40,634 nucleotides of DNA from a virus (lineage: Duplodnaviria > Heunggongvirae > Uroviricota > Caudoviricetes), in IMG/VR virus record IMGVR_UViG_2585427727_000015. The stretch is one strand, 5' to 3'. A program made the position numbers and the translations under genes. The notes under the pieces are model-generated. The model did no database searches and had not been told where the DNA came from. It saw only the letters and a list, made by a program, of their open reading frames with translations. Positions 16,271-24,909 of this stretch are shown here, piece by piece. How positions within the stretch are numbered: the first letter of the stretch is position 1; each line of letters opens with the position of its first letter.

Positions 16271-17623
16271 ATGAACGATATGTTCAATAAGTCGAATCTC
16301 TATCAGTCGCTGCCGCAGTTATACGGAAGCCTCGGCACATACAGCACTGGCGCAATGGCGGTGCTGGAGGATGACGAGGACATCATTCGTACAATGCCAT
16401 TCCCGATAGGAAGTTACTACCTGGCTAACTCACCTCGTGGCAGTGTGGACACCTGTTTTCGCAAGTTCTCTATGACTGTTCGTCAGCTTGTTCAGGAGTT
16501 CGGACTAAATAACGTCAGCGAATCCGTAAAAAGCATGTGGGAAAGCGGCACCTACGAGAAGTGGATTGAAGTGATGCATTCGGTTTACCCGAACATTGAC
16601 CGCGATACATCGAAGCTGGATAGCAAGAACAAGCCATTCAAATCGGTTTATTACGAGGTTGGTGGCGATAACGACAAGTTGTTGCGTGAGTCCGGATTCG
16701 ATGAGTTTCCAATTATGGCTCCGCGCTGGGAAGTTAACGGCGAAGATGTTTATGGATCATCATGCCCGGGTATGCTGGCGCTTGGACCTGTTAAGGCATT
16801 GCAGCTTCTCCAGAAGCGCAAGTCGCAGTTGATTGATAAAGCCACCAATCCGCCGATGGTTGCTCCGACTTCCCTCAAGAATCAGCGCGCCTCCCTTCTT
16901 CCTGGCGACATCACGTATATCGATCAGATTACTGGTCAGGATGGCTTCAGGCCTGCTTATCTGGTTAACCCCAGTACAGCAGATTTGGTGGCAGACATTC
17001 AGGACACTCGTCAAATCATTAACAGCGCCTACTTTGTCGATCTGTTCATGATGTTGCAGAACATCAATACCCGCTCGATGCCTGTTGAAGCGGTGATCGA
17101 AATGAAAGAAGAAAAACTTCTGATGTTGGGGCCGGTTCTGGAGCGTCTGAACGACGAATGTCTTAATCCTCTCATTGACCGCGCTTTCTCGATGATGGTG
17201 CGTAAAAACATGCTGCCGCCACCGCCTGACGCGATGGAAGGCATGCCCCTGAAGGTCGAATACATTTCCGTCATGGCTCAGGCGCAGAAGTCTATCGGCC
17301 TGTCCAGTCTGGCGTCCACGGTTAACTTCATTGGTCAACTTGCGCAAGCGAAACCAGAAGCTCTCGACAAACTCAACGTTGATCAGGCGATCGATGCATT
17401 CGCTGATATGTCCGGAGTGTCTCCAACCGTCATTGTTCCGCAGGAACAGGTTGAGCAGGCTCGCCAGCAACGGGCACAGCAGCAACAGCAGCAACAAATG
17501 ATGGCGATGGGGATGGCGGCGGCACAGGGTGCCAAGACGCTAAGCGAAGCTAAAACTTCGGATCCGAGTGTTTTGTCAGCTATGGCGAATGCAGTTAGTG
17601 GTCAGGGTGGGCAATCACAATGA
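16271..17623 (+). CDS. Portal (head-tail connector) protein, main body
   Basis: 450-aa ORF; Gln/Ala/Met-rich C-terminal tail (QQRAQQQQQQQMMAMGMAAAQGA) typical of T7-type portals; position between terminase and scaffold/capsid. Confidence 0.8.
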   Translation: MNDMFNKSNLYQSLPQLYGSLGTYSTGAMAVLEDDEDIIRTMPFPIGSYYLANSPRGSVDTCFRKFSMTVRQLVQEFGLNNVSESVKSMWESGTYEKWIEVMHSVYPNIDRDTSKLDSKNKPFKSVYYEVGGDNDKLLRESGFDEFPIMAPRWEVNGEDVYGSSCPGMLALGPVKALQLLQKRKSQLIDKATNPPMVAPTSLKNQRASLLPGDITYIDQITGQDGFRPAYLVNPSTADLVADIQDTRQIINSAYFVDLFMMLQNINTRSMPVEAVIEMKEEKLLMLGPVLERLNDECLNPLIDRAFSMMVRKNMLPPPPDAMEGMPLKVEYISVMAQAQKSIGLSSLASTVNFIGQLAQAKPEALDKLNVDQAIDAFADMSGVSPTVIVPQEQVEQARQQRAQQQQQQQMMAMGMAAAQGAKTLSEAKTSDPSVLSAMANAVSGQGGQSQ

Positions 17624-17916
17624 CAGATTACGAAGACGATCAACTGAAAGAAGAAAACGCCCGTAAGCAACGTGACATGGCGCAGCGTGAAATTGATGAC
17701 ATTCGCTTTGTCATGAGCAGTGAACAGGGGCGTCGCGTTGTCTGGTCGGTGCTGGAGAAAGGCCGTGTGTTTTCCGCTATCTCACCGATGGACGCTATGG
17801 CAATGGCATTTAATGAGGGGCAACGCAATCTGGCGCTGGAACTGTTTCAGCGCGTTATGGCGCATTGCCCTGAACAGTATTTGAAGATGGCCAAAGAGGC
17901 CAGTGAACAGGAGTGA
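17620..17916 (+). CDS. Hypothetical head-assembly protein (98 aa)
   Basis: ATG overlaps portal stop (ATGA); position in head module. Confidence 0.5.
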   Translation: MTDYEDDQLKEENARKQRDMAQREIDDIRFVMSSEQGRRVVWSVLEKGRVFSAISPMDAMAMAFNEGQRNLALELFQRVMAHCPEQYLKMAKEASEQE

Positions 17917-17918
17917 TC

Positions 17919-18614
17919 ATGAATTTATTTGAGCGTTTGCTGTATCGCCGTCTTTGCAATGAGCAACCAGTCGATGGTGGAGCAGCTCCGGCTGCGTCAG
18001 AACCGTCAGCGCCTGCAGGTGATAACCCTGCTCCAGTTGGTGATCCATCACAACAGGAAGGTGATAAGACACAACCTGTTGCTGATGGCGATAAACCTGC
18101 TGATGACAAAAAGCCTGAAAGCGATAAGCAGGGTGAAAAAAAGGACGGCGATAAACCGGAGGGTGCGCCGGAGAAGTACGAGTTTCAGGCTGCCGAAGGC
18201 GTAGAGCTGGATACAGAAGCGTTGAAGGAATTCGAGCCGGTGGCGCGAGAACTTAACCTGACCAACGAGCAAGCGCAAAAGCTGGTTGATGCTTATCCGA
18301 AGATTCTGGCAGGTGTTCAGCAGCGCCAGGCAGAAGCCTGGCAGAAAACAACCGAGCAGTGGGCTGCGGATGTAAAAGCTGACAAAGAAATCGGTGGCGA
18401 CAAGTTGATTTCTAACCTTAGCGCCGCACAGCGTGCGCTTGACCAGTTCGGGACACCTGAACTCAAAGAATATCTGAACACCACCGGACTGGGTAATCAC
18501 CCTGATCTGGTCAAAACGTTCGTGAAAATCGGAAAGGCGATGTCTGAAGATGGCATGGTCACCGGTGGTAATGAAGGCCAGCGTAGTGCGGCCGAAGTGC
18601 TCTATGGCAAATAA
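17919..18614 (+). CDS. Putative scaffolding protein (acidic, Pro/Asp/Lys-rich N-terminus)
   Basis: ACAGGAG SD then ATG 17919; composition and position directly upstream of major capsid gene. Confidence 0.55.
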   Translation: MNLFERLLYRRLCNEQPVDGGAAPAASEPSAPAGDNPAPVGDPSQQEGDKTQPVADGDKPADDKKPESDKQGEKKDGDKPEGAPEKYEFQAAEGVELDTEALKEFEPVARELNLTNEQAQKLVDAYPKILAGVQQRQAEAWQKTTEQWAADVKADKEIGGDKLISNLSAAQRALDQFGTPELKEYLNTTGLGNHPDLVKTFVKIGKAMSEDGMVTGGNEGQRSAAEVLYGK

Positions 18615-18622
18615 GAGAGGAA

Positions 18623-19615
18623 ATGACAATGGCTGTTAAAGGCTTAACTGCGCTAACGCTGGCTGACTGGGGTAAGCGCGTCGATCCAAACGGGAAAGTC
18701 GATAAGATTATCGAGCTTCTCGGTCAAACTAACCCGATCCTTCAGGATATGCCTTTTGTCGAAGGGAACCTTCCTACCGGACACCGAACCACCATTCGTT
18801 CTGGTTTACCTTCAGCTACCTGGCGTTTGCTGAACTATGGCGTACAGCCAAGCAAATCAACCACAGTACAGGTCACCGATTCCGTTGGCATGCTGGAAAC
18901 CTATGCTGAAGTCGATAAGTCACTGGCTGATCTGAACGGCAATACCGCCGAATTCCGCCTGTCTGAAGACCGAGCATTTATTGAAGCGATGAATCAGCAG
19001 ATGGCGCAGACGCTGTTTTATGGTGATTCCAGCGTTAACCCTCAGCAGTTTATGGGACTGTCCTCCCGCTATTCCAGCCTGTCTGCGGGTAATGCTCAGA
19101 ACATCATTGATGCTGGTGGCACGGGTACAGATAACACCTCAATCTGGTTAGTGGTGTGGGGCGAAAACACCGTGCATGGCATCTTCCCGAAAGGGCAGAA
19201 GGCTGGCATCCAGATGGAAGATAAAGGCCAGGTGACACTGGAAGATGCTAATGGCGGCAAGTACGAAGGCTATCGTACCCATTACAAATGGGATAACGGA
19301 CTTTCTCTGCGTGACTGGCGTTATGTTGTTCGCATTGCAAACATCGATGTCAGCAATCTTTCAGAACCTTCCTCTGCCGCAAATATTGCGAAGTTGATGG
19401 TTAAAGCACTGCATCGCATTCCAAATCGTGGCATGGGTCGCCCGGTGTTCTACATGAACCGCACTGTAGGCCAGGCTCTTGATCTGCAATCTCTGGAGAA
19501 AACATCTCTGGCGATCAGCGTAAAAGAGACAGAAGGAGAGTGGTGGACTTCATTCCGTGGTGTACCAATCCGTGAAACTGATGCGCTTCTGGAAACAGAA
19601 GCCCGCGTGGTGTAA
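18623..19615 (+). CDS. Major capsid protein
   Basis: 330-aa ORF with GAGAGG SD; position after scaffold; followed by stem-loop; size and composition typical of capsid proteins. Confidence 0.75.
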   Translation: MTMAVKGLTALTLADWGKRVDPNGKVDKIIELLGQTNPILQDMPFVEGNLPTGHRTTIRSGLPSATWRLLNYGVQPSKSTTVQVTDSVGMLETYAEVDKSLADLNGNTAEFRLSEDRAFIEAMNQQMAQTLFYGDSSVNPQQFMGLSSRYSSLSAGNAQNIIDAGGTGTDNTSIWLVVWGENTVHGIFPKGQKAGIQMEDKGQVTLEDANGGKYEGYRTHYKWDNGLSLRDWRYVVRIANIDVSNLSEPSSAANIAKLMVKALHRIPNRGMGRPVFYMNRTVGQALDLQSLEKTSLAISVKETEGEWWTSFRGVPIRETDALLETEARVV

Positions 19616-19631
19616 CGCCTGTTATTAACCT

Positions 19632-19651
19632 GTGGGTCGTAACAGACCCAC
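19632..19651 (+). other. Stem-loop after capsid gene (no U-run; possible partial terminator or mRNA stabiliser)
   Basis: GTGGGTC-GTAACA-GACCCAC. Confidence 0.5.
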
Positions 19652-19666
19652 TAATGGAGAAAGAAG

Positions 19667-20104
19667 ATGATCACCGACAAACTGTTGATGTTCTCCGAAG
19701 CACAGGCGGTAACTGATACCGCGGCTTCTACTGACGTAATCGATCTCGGTCCAATTGACGGAAAACGTCGTGATATCGGCGTGGGTTACCCGCTTGAGTT
19801 TTGGGCGCTGGTTAACACAGCCGCCGCAGCAAGCGGTGATGCAACTGTAAACATCCAGTTGCAGACGAGTGAGGATAACAGCTCATGGACCACTATTTAT
19901 GATAGTGGTGCACTGGCAAAGACCGCCCTGACAGCAGGTAAACGAGTTGTTTCTGCAAAGGTGCCTGCCGGTGTTCAGCGATATCTGCGTGTTAACTACT
20001 CCGTCGCAACTGGCCCACTAACGGCTGGCGAATTCACTGCTGGTATCAGTCTTGATGTTGATGCCAATACGCCGTATCCGATCCGCTCAAAAGTAACTGG
20101 TTAA
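19667..20104 (+). CDS. Hypothetical virion protein (145 aa; possible capsid decoration protein)
   Basis: ORF with GGAGAAAGAAG SD, Thr/Ala/Gly-rich beta-type composition, directly after capsid gene. Confidence 0.5.
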   Translation: MITDKLLMFSEAQAVTDTAASTDVIDLGPIDGKRRDIGVGYPLEFWALVNTAAAASGDATVNIQLQTSEDNSSWTTIYDSGALAKTALTAGKRVVSAKVPAGVQRYLRVNYSVATGPLTAGEFTAGISLDVDANTPYPIRSKVTG

Positions 20105-20114
20105 GGTGATATCG

Positions 20115-20450
20115 ATGTCAGGTGAGAAACCAAGATACCGCGTTCTGCGCCTCTCTCATATCCATAACACTCTGTGGCCGGAGGGGGCAGAAATCGAATA
20201 CGAAGGTGAGCCTGGTAGCGCACTGGAACCTGTTAACGATGCAGCCAGACAGGCAAAAGCAAAAGTTGCAGGAAAGGTGTCAATGGCAGCAACCAGCACC
20301 AAAATCATCAACGATGTGTCAGATGATGGTGAACTGGATAAGCTCCGTGAAGAGTACGAATTGCTCTTTAACGAGAAGCCACACCATAACGCTAAAGCCG
20401 AAACGCTCCGCGAGAAGATCGCAGATAAGCGTAAAGAACTAGGCGTGTAA
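20115..20450 (+). CDS. Hypothetical protein (111 aa)
   Basis: AAGGTGA SD then ATG 20115; followed by intrinsic terminator. Confidence 0.5.
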   Translation: MSGEKPRYRVLRLSHIHNTLWPEGAEIEYEGEPGSALEPVNDAARQAKAKVAGKVSMAATSTKIINDVSDDGELDKLREEYELLFNEKPHHNAKAETLREKIADKRKELGV

Positions 20451-20466
20451 GCCTCGCGAATCCGAC

Positions 20467-20488
20467 AAGGGGCTTCGGCCCCTTTATT
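20467..20488 (+). terminator. Rho-independent terminator
   Basis: AAGGGGC-TTCG-GCCCCTT followed by TATT. Confidence 0.65.
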
Positions 20489-20500
20489 GCAGGAGTGTAT

Positions 20501-20824
20501 ATGGAACTCGTAAACCTCAAAACCGGCACTGACAGCTACCAGGATGAGAGCGGAGAAACCAGAACTCGCGATGAATACCCGTGGGGGCTGTGTATCACTC
20601 TTAATAACGACACATTGAATAAGCTGAAGGCGCAACCTCAGGGCGTCGGAACAGAAGTGATGATAACTGCAAAAGCTGTTATTCGAGGCCTGTCTGCCAG
20701 AGAAACTGACGATGGTGTTAATCGCAGCGCCGATCTGCAGATCACTGATATGGCGATCGCTCCTGTTTCCGGGGATGTAGAAAAATCAGCGGCTGAAACC
20801 CTGTACGGCAATGGGGGTGAGTAA
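20501..20824 (+). CDS. Hypothetical protein (107 aa)
   Basis: AGGAG SD then ATG 20501. Confidence 0.5.
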   Translation: MELVNLKTGTDSYQDESGETRTRDEYPWGLCITLNNDTLNKLKAQPQGVGTEVMITAKAVIRGLSARETDDGVNRSADLQITDMAIAPVSGDVEKSAAETLYGNGGE

Positions 20825-21429
20825 TGGCCTCTGTAGTAGAGATCTGCAATCGTGCGCTGTCCAATATTGGCAATAGCCGCAGCATTAACAGCCTGACGGA
20901 AGCCAGCAAGGAAGCGGGGGAATGTTCGCTGCACTTTGAGGCCTGCCGTGATGCTGTGCTTTCTGATTTTGACTGGAACTTTGCTACCAAACGCGTGGCG
21001 CTTGCAGATACGAGCAATCCACCGCCTGACTGGGAATATGCGTATCAGTACCCGTCCGATTGTCTGCGCATTACTGAAATTATGCTTCCTGGTGTACGCA
21101 ATCCAACAGCAGCAATGCGCGTTCAGTACGAAGTTGGTGCAGACACCAACGGAACAGGAAAGTTGATCTACACAGACCAGCCGCAGGCATGGCTCAAGTA
21201 TGTCTCTCGCGTTTCAGATGTGAACATGTTTGATGCCATTTTTATGGAGGCGTTGGCCTGGCGTCTTGCGGCAGCTATTAACATGGCGCTGACTGGGAAT
21301 GCAGACCTCGGTACGTTTGCCCTCAATATGTACAATCGCGTGATTCTTAGTGCTGGCTCGCATAGCCAGAATGAATCACAGGAACCACTGCCACCGGTTG
21401 ACGAGTTTACCATTGCGAGGTTGTCCTGA
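20824..21429 (+). CDS. Tail adaptor protein (T7 gp11-like tail tubular protein A), tentative
   Basis: 201-aa ORF; N-terminal VVEICNRALSNIGNS...INSL pattern resembling gp11-type adaptors (from memory); size and position upstream of nozzle-sized gene. Confidence 0.5.
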   Translation: MASVVEICNRALSNIGNSRSINSLTEASKEAGECSLHFEACRDAVLSDFDWNFATKRVALADTSNPPPDWEYAYQYPSDCLRITEIMLPGVRNPTAAMRVQYEVGADTNGTGKLIYTDQPQAWLKYVSRVSDVNMFDAIFMEALAWRLAAAINMALTGNADLGTFALNMYNRVILSAGSHSQNESQEPLPPVDEFTIARLS

Positions 21430-23900
21430 TGGCTATCAGTTGGATCCAGCCCAGCTTTGCCGGTGGTGAGATTGGACCGTCGTTGTACGGTCGTATCGAC
21501 ATGGCGAAGTACCAGGTGGCATTGCGCAAGTGCGATAACTTTATCGTGCGGCAGTATGGCGGAGTTGAGAATCGACCTGGTACGCGTTTTGTCGGTGCCG
21601 CCAAATACCCAAATCGGAAATGCCGCCTGATCCCGTTCCAGTTCTCGACGGTTCAGACTTATGCTCTGGAGTTCGGACACCAGTACATGCGCGTTATCAA
21701 AGATGGTGCGTTGGTGCTGAACAGCAGCAATGTTATTTATGAAATTTCCACGCCATATACTGAAGCCGATCTGTTCCGAATTAAATTCACGCAAAGCGCA
21801 GACGTGCTTACGCTGGTTCATCCGGCATACCCGCCGAAAGAGTTGCGCCGCTATGCGCATGACAACTGGCAACTGGTTGATGTGGTAACGAAGAACGGGC
21901 CATTTGAAGATATCAATATTGACGAGTCAGTGACGGTTTATGCCAGCGCCAGCACCGGGACAATTACGCTAACGGCAAGCGCCTCTATTTTTGGCGCGGA
22001 GCAGGTAGGCAAATTGTTCTATCTGGAACAGCCTGCAGTGGATTCTGTGCCGGTATGGGAAACCAGTAAGAGTACGTCGATTGGCGATATTCGCCGTGCA
22101 GACAGTAACTACTATCGCGCCGTTACAGCAGGCAAAACAGGTACTTTGCGCCCTTCGCATACAGAAGGCACATCATGGGATGGCTGGGGCGGATCCGGTG
22201 ATGATGATACTGGCATTGAGTGGGAATATCTGCACAGTGGTTTTGGCATTGCCCGTATCACTGCTGCAAATGGAACTACTGCAACTGCCGAGGTGATTTC
22301 CTATATCCCTTCGCAGGTTGTGGGCGAGGATAATGCCAGCTATAAATGGGCTAAATATGCCTGGAACAGTGTTAATGGTTATCCTGGCACTGTTGTTTAT
22401 TATCAACAACGTCTTTACTTCGCCGCATCGACTGCGTTTCCTCAGACTATCTGGGCCAGCCGTACCGGGGATTATAAGGATTTTGGCAAAAGCAATCCTA
22501 CGCAGGATGACGACAGAATTATCTACACCTATGCCGGGCGTCAGGTTAATGAGATCCGTCACCTGATTGATGTTGGTTCTCTGGTGGCGCTGACTTCCGG
22601 AGGTGAGTACGTCATCACCGGCGACCAGAACAAAGTGTTAACCCCATCATCATTTGCATTCAGCTCTCAGGGATCAAATGGCTCAAGCAACGTCCCGCCA
22701 ATTGCCGTGGCGAATATTGCTCTGTTCGTCCAGGAGAAAGGCAGCGTTGTCCGTGATCTGGCCTACTCATTCGATGTTGACGGCTATCAGGGGAACGACC
22801 TGACCATCCTTGCCAATCATCTTTTTCAGAGGCACAGCATTGTTGACTGGTGCTTCTCTATTGTCCCTTACTCCAGCGCCTTCTGCATTCGTGATGACGG
22901 TAAATTACTGGTGATGACCTATTTGCGTGATCAGCAGGTTTTTGCATGGGCACCACAATCCAGTACCGGAAAATATGAAAGTACATGCAGTATCAGCGAA
23001 GGCAATGAAGATGCGGTGTATTTCGTCGTTAACCGAACCGTTAACGGGCAAACAGTGAGATACATCGAGCGACTGTCCAGCCGTTTATTTACCAGCGATG
23101 AAGATGCTTTCTTTGTTGATTCTGGCCTTAGCTATGATGGAAGAAATACGTCTGACAGAACGATGATCATCACTGGTGGTTCTGGCGAATGGGATTACCG
23201 CGCGGAATATACAATCAGTGTTTCTGGTGGTGCGTACTTCACCAGTAGTGATGTCGGTGCGCAACTACAGTTCCCTTATACCGGAACTGATCCTGATACT
23301 GGCGATGAAGTGTCAAAAGAATTACGTTGCGACATTATTTCTGTAACCAGCAACACCGCTGTAGTGGTTCGTGCTAACAGGAACGTCCCGCCATCCCTCA
23401 GGAATGTGGCCACCACGAACTGGCAGATGGCGCGCCGGGCATTTGGCGGCTTGTCTCATCTTGAAGGTCAGACCGTAAACATCCTCTCTGATGCGAACGT
23501 GGAACCACAGAAAGTAGTTTCCGGAGGTGCCGTCACGCTGGAATCACCGGGGGCTGTAGTGCACATCGGCCTGCCAATAACTGCTGAATTCGAAACACTG
23601 GATATCAACATTAACGGACAGGAAACGCTGCTGGACAAAAAACAGGTGATCCCATCCGTTACTCTGGTTGTGAATGCCAGCCGCGGCATCTGGGCGACTA
23701 CGCCCGGCGGTAAATGGTACGAATATCCACAGCGTGAATTCGAGTTCTACGATGATCCTGTTGATGATGCTACCGGAAAAGTAGAAGTGAAACTGGACAG
23801 TAACTGGGGCAAAAACGGACGTGTAAAAATCCGTCAGCTTGATCCGTTGCCGCTGTCTGTTCTTGCCGTTATTCCTCGCCTTACTGTTGGGGGATTCTGA
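21429..23900 (+). CDS. Tail nozzle protein (T7 gp12-like tail tubular protein B), tentative
   Basis: 823-aa ORF overlapping upstream stop (TGATG); size and position. Confidence 0.55.
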   Translation: MAISWIQPSFAGGEIGPSLYGRIDMAKYQVALRKCDNFIVRQYGGVENRPGTRFVGAAKYPNRKCRLIPFQFSTVQTYALEFGHQYMRVIKDGALVLNSSNVIYEISTPYTEADLFRIKFTQSADVLTLVHPAYPPKELRRYAHDNWQLVDVVTKNGPFEDINIDESVTVYASASTGTITLTASASIFGAEQVGKLFYLEQPAVDSVPVWETSKSTSIGDIRRADSNYYRAVTAGKTGTLRPSHTEGTSWDGWGGSGDDDTGIEWEYLHSGFGIARITAANGTTATAEVISYIPSQVVGEDNASYKWAKYAWNSVNGYPGTVVYYQQRLYFAASTAFPQTIWASRTGDYKDFGKSNPTQDDDRIIYTYAGRQVNEIRHLIDVGSLVALTSGGEYVITGDQNKVLTPSSFAFSSQGSNGSSNVPPIAVANIALFVQEKGSVVRDLAYSFDVDGYQGNDLTILANHLFQRHSIVDWCFSIVPYSSAFCIRDDGKLLVMTYLRDQQVFAWAPQSSTGKYESTCSISEGNEDAVYFVVNRTVNGQTVRYIERLSSRLFTSDEDAFFVDSGLSYDGRNTSDRTMIITGGSGEWDYRAEYTISVSGGAYFTSSDVGAQLQFPYTGTDPDTGDEVSKELRCDIISVTSNTAVVVRANRNVPPSLRNVATTNWQMARRAFGGLSHLEGQTVNILSDANVEPQKVVSGGAVTLESPGAVVHIGLPITAEFETLDININGQETLLDKKQVIPSVTLVVNASRGIWATTPGGKWYEYPQREFEFYDDPVDDATGKVEVKLDSNWGKNGRVKIRQLDPLPLSVLAVIPRLTVGGF

Positions 23901-24364
23901 TGATCGATGTTCAAATTATTCCCGCAACCGAAGAGCATCTTCAGATGATTTTGCCGGATGTTCGTCAGGCTGATATTGACGAACTGTATGCGGTATCACT
24001 GATGACTACCGAAGATGCGCTGCGTGTTGGTCTGCGTACTGCGACTATGGCCTGGTCAGGATTTGCGAACGGAGAACTGGTAACCATGTTTGGCGTATCT
24101 CCGGCGTCAATGATCGGTGGCAATGGTACGCCCTGGCTGGTCGGAACCAGCCGTATCGAAAAATATCAGAAGACATTTCTTCGCCACTGCCGCCCTGTAT
24201 TGCAGCAGATGCTGGCAGTTTATCCGCGCCTGGAAAACTATGTCGACGAGCGAAACCATGTTGCCAAAGCATGGCTGCACTGGCTTGGATTCAGGCTTGA
24301 AGAAGCCGCGCCTTATGGTGCTCTTGGTCTTAATTTCCACAGATTTCACATGGAGAGAAAATAA
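23900..24364 (+). CDS. Putative internal virion protein (154 aa)
   Basis: ATGA overlap with nozzle gene; position in ejection-protein cluster. Confidence 0.45.
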   Translation: MIDVQIIPATEEHLQMILPDVRQADIDELYAVSLMTTEDALRVGLRTATMAWSGFANGELVTMFGVSPASMIGGNGTPWLVGTSRIEKYQKTFLRHCRPVLQQMLAVYPRLENYVDERNHVAKAWLHWLGFRLEEAAPYGALGLNFHRFHMERK

Positions 24365-24909
24365 TGTGCGATCCGGTTATTGCTGGTGGCGCAATGCTCG
24401 CCATGAGTGGCATTCAGGCATACACCCAGTACCAACAGGGAAAGTATGCCTCGAAGGTTGCAGAAGCGAACGCAGATATAGCCACAGCTCAGGCAAATGA
24501 TGCAATAAACAGAGGTAACGCTGAAGCTGAGCAACGGCGCAGAGAGACCCGACAGCGGCTTGGTACACAGGCGGCGACAATGGGGGCTACCGGCGCTGAT
24601 TTATCTACAGGTAACGCGCTGGATATATTTGGCGACACTGCCCAGTTTGGCGCTCTTGATTCTCTGACGACGGTGAATAACGCGCAACGCGAGGCTTACG
24701 GTTATCAGGTTCAGGCTGCCAACTATAAAGCAGAAGCCAGTTCAGCCCGTAAACAGGGGAATGTGGGAGCAGCAACAACATTGCTCACTGCGCCTCTGAA
24801 GGCATACGGTGCGTACCAGATGTTTGGTGGGACGTGGAGTCCGTTTACTCAAAGCACCCCTGCGCCAATCGGGGCAGCAGCAGGAACCAGATTACCCGGA
24901 GGATTATAA
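24364..24909 (+). CDS. Putative internal virion protein B-like (181 aa; Ala/Gln-rich, starts MC)
   Basis: Composition and position analogous to T7 gp14-type proteins. Confidence 0.45.
   Translation: MCDPVIAGGAMLAMSGIQAYTQYQQGKYASKVAEANADIATAQANDAINRGNAEAEQRRRETRQRLGTQAATMGATGADLSTGNALDIFGDTAQFGALDSLTTVNNAQREAYGYQVQAANYKAEASSARKQGNVGAATTLLTAPLKAYGAYQMFGGTWSPFTQSTPAPIGAAAGTRLPGGL

Noticed and set aside
16760-17497. 245-aa minus-strand ORF (and similar antisense ORFs at 12898-13404, 13172-13645, 24963-25580, 30252-30713)
   Set aside because: Fully embedded antisense within well-supported structural genes, with repetitive low-complexity translations; artefacts of high-GC coding regions.
24834-24908. 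Upstream start for the 837-aa ejection protein
   Set aside because: It would overlap the preceding gene by 75 nt; ATG 24909 overlapping the upstream TAA is the usual coupled arrangement.
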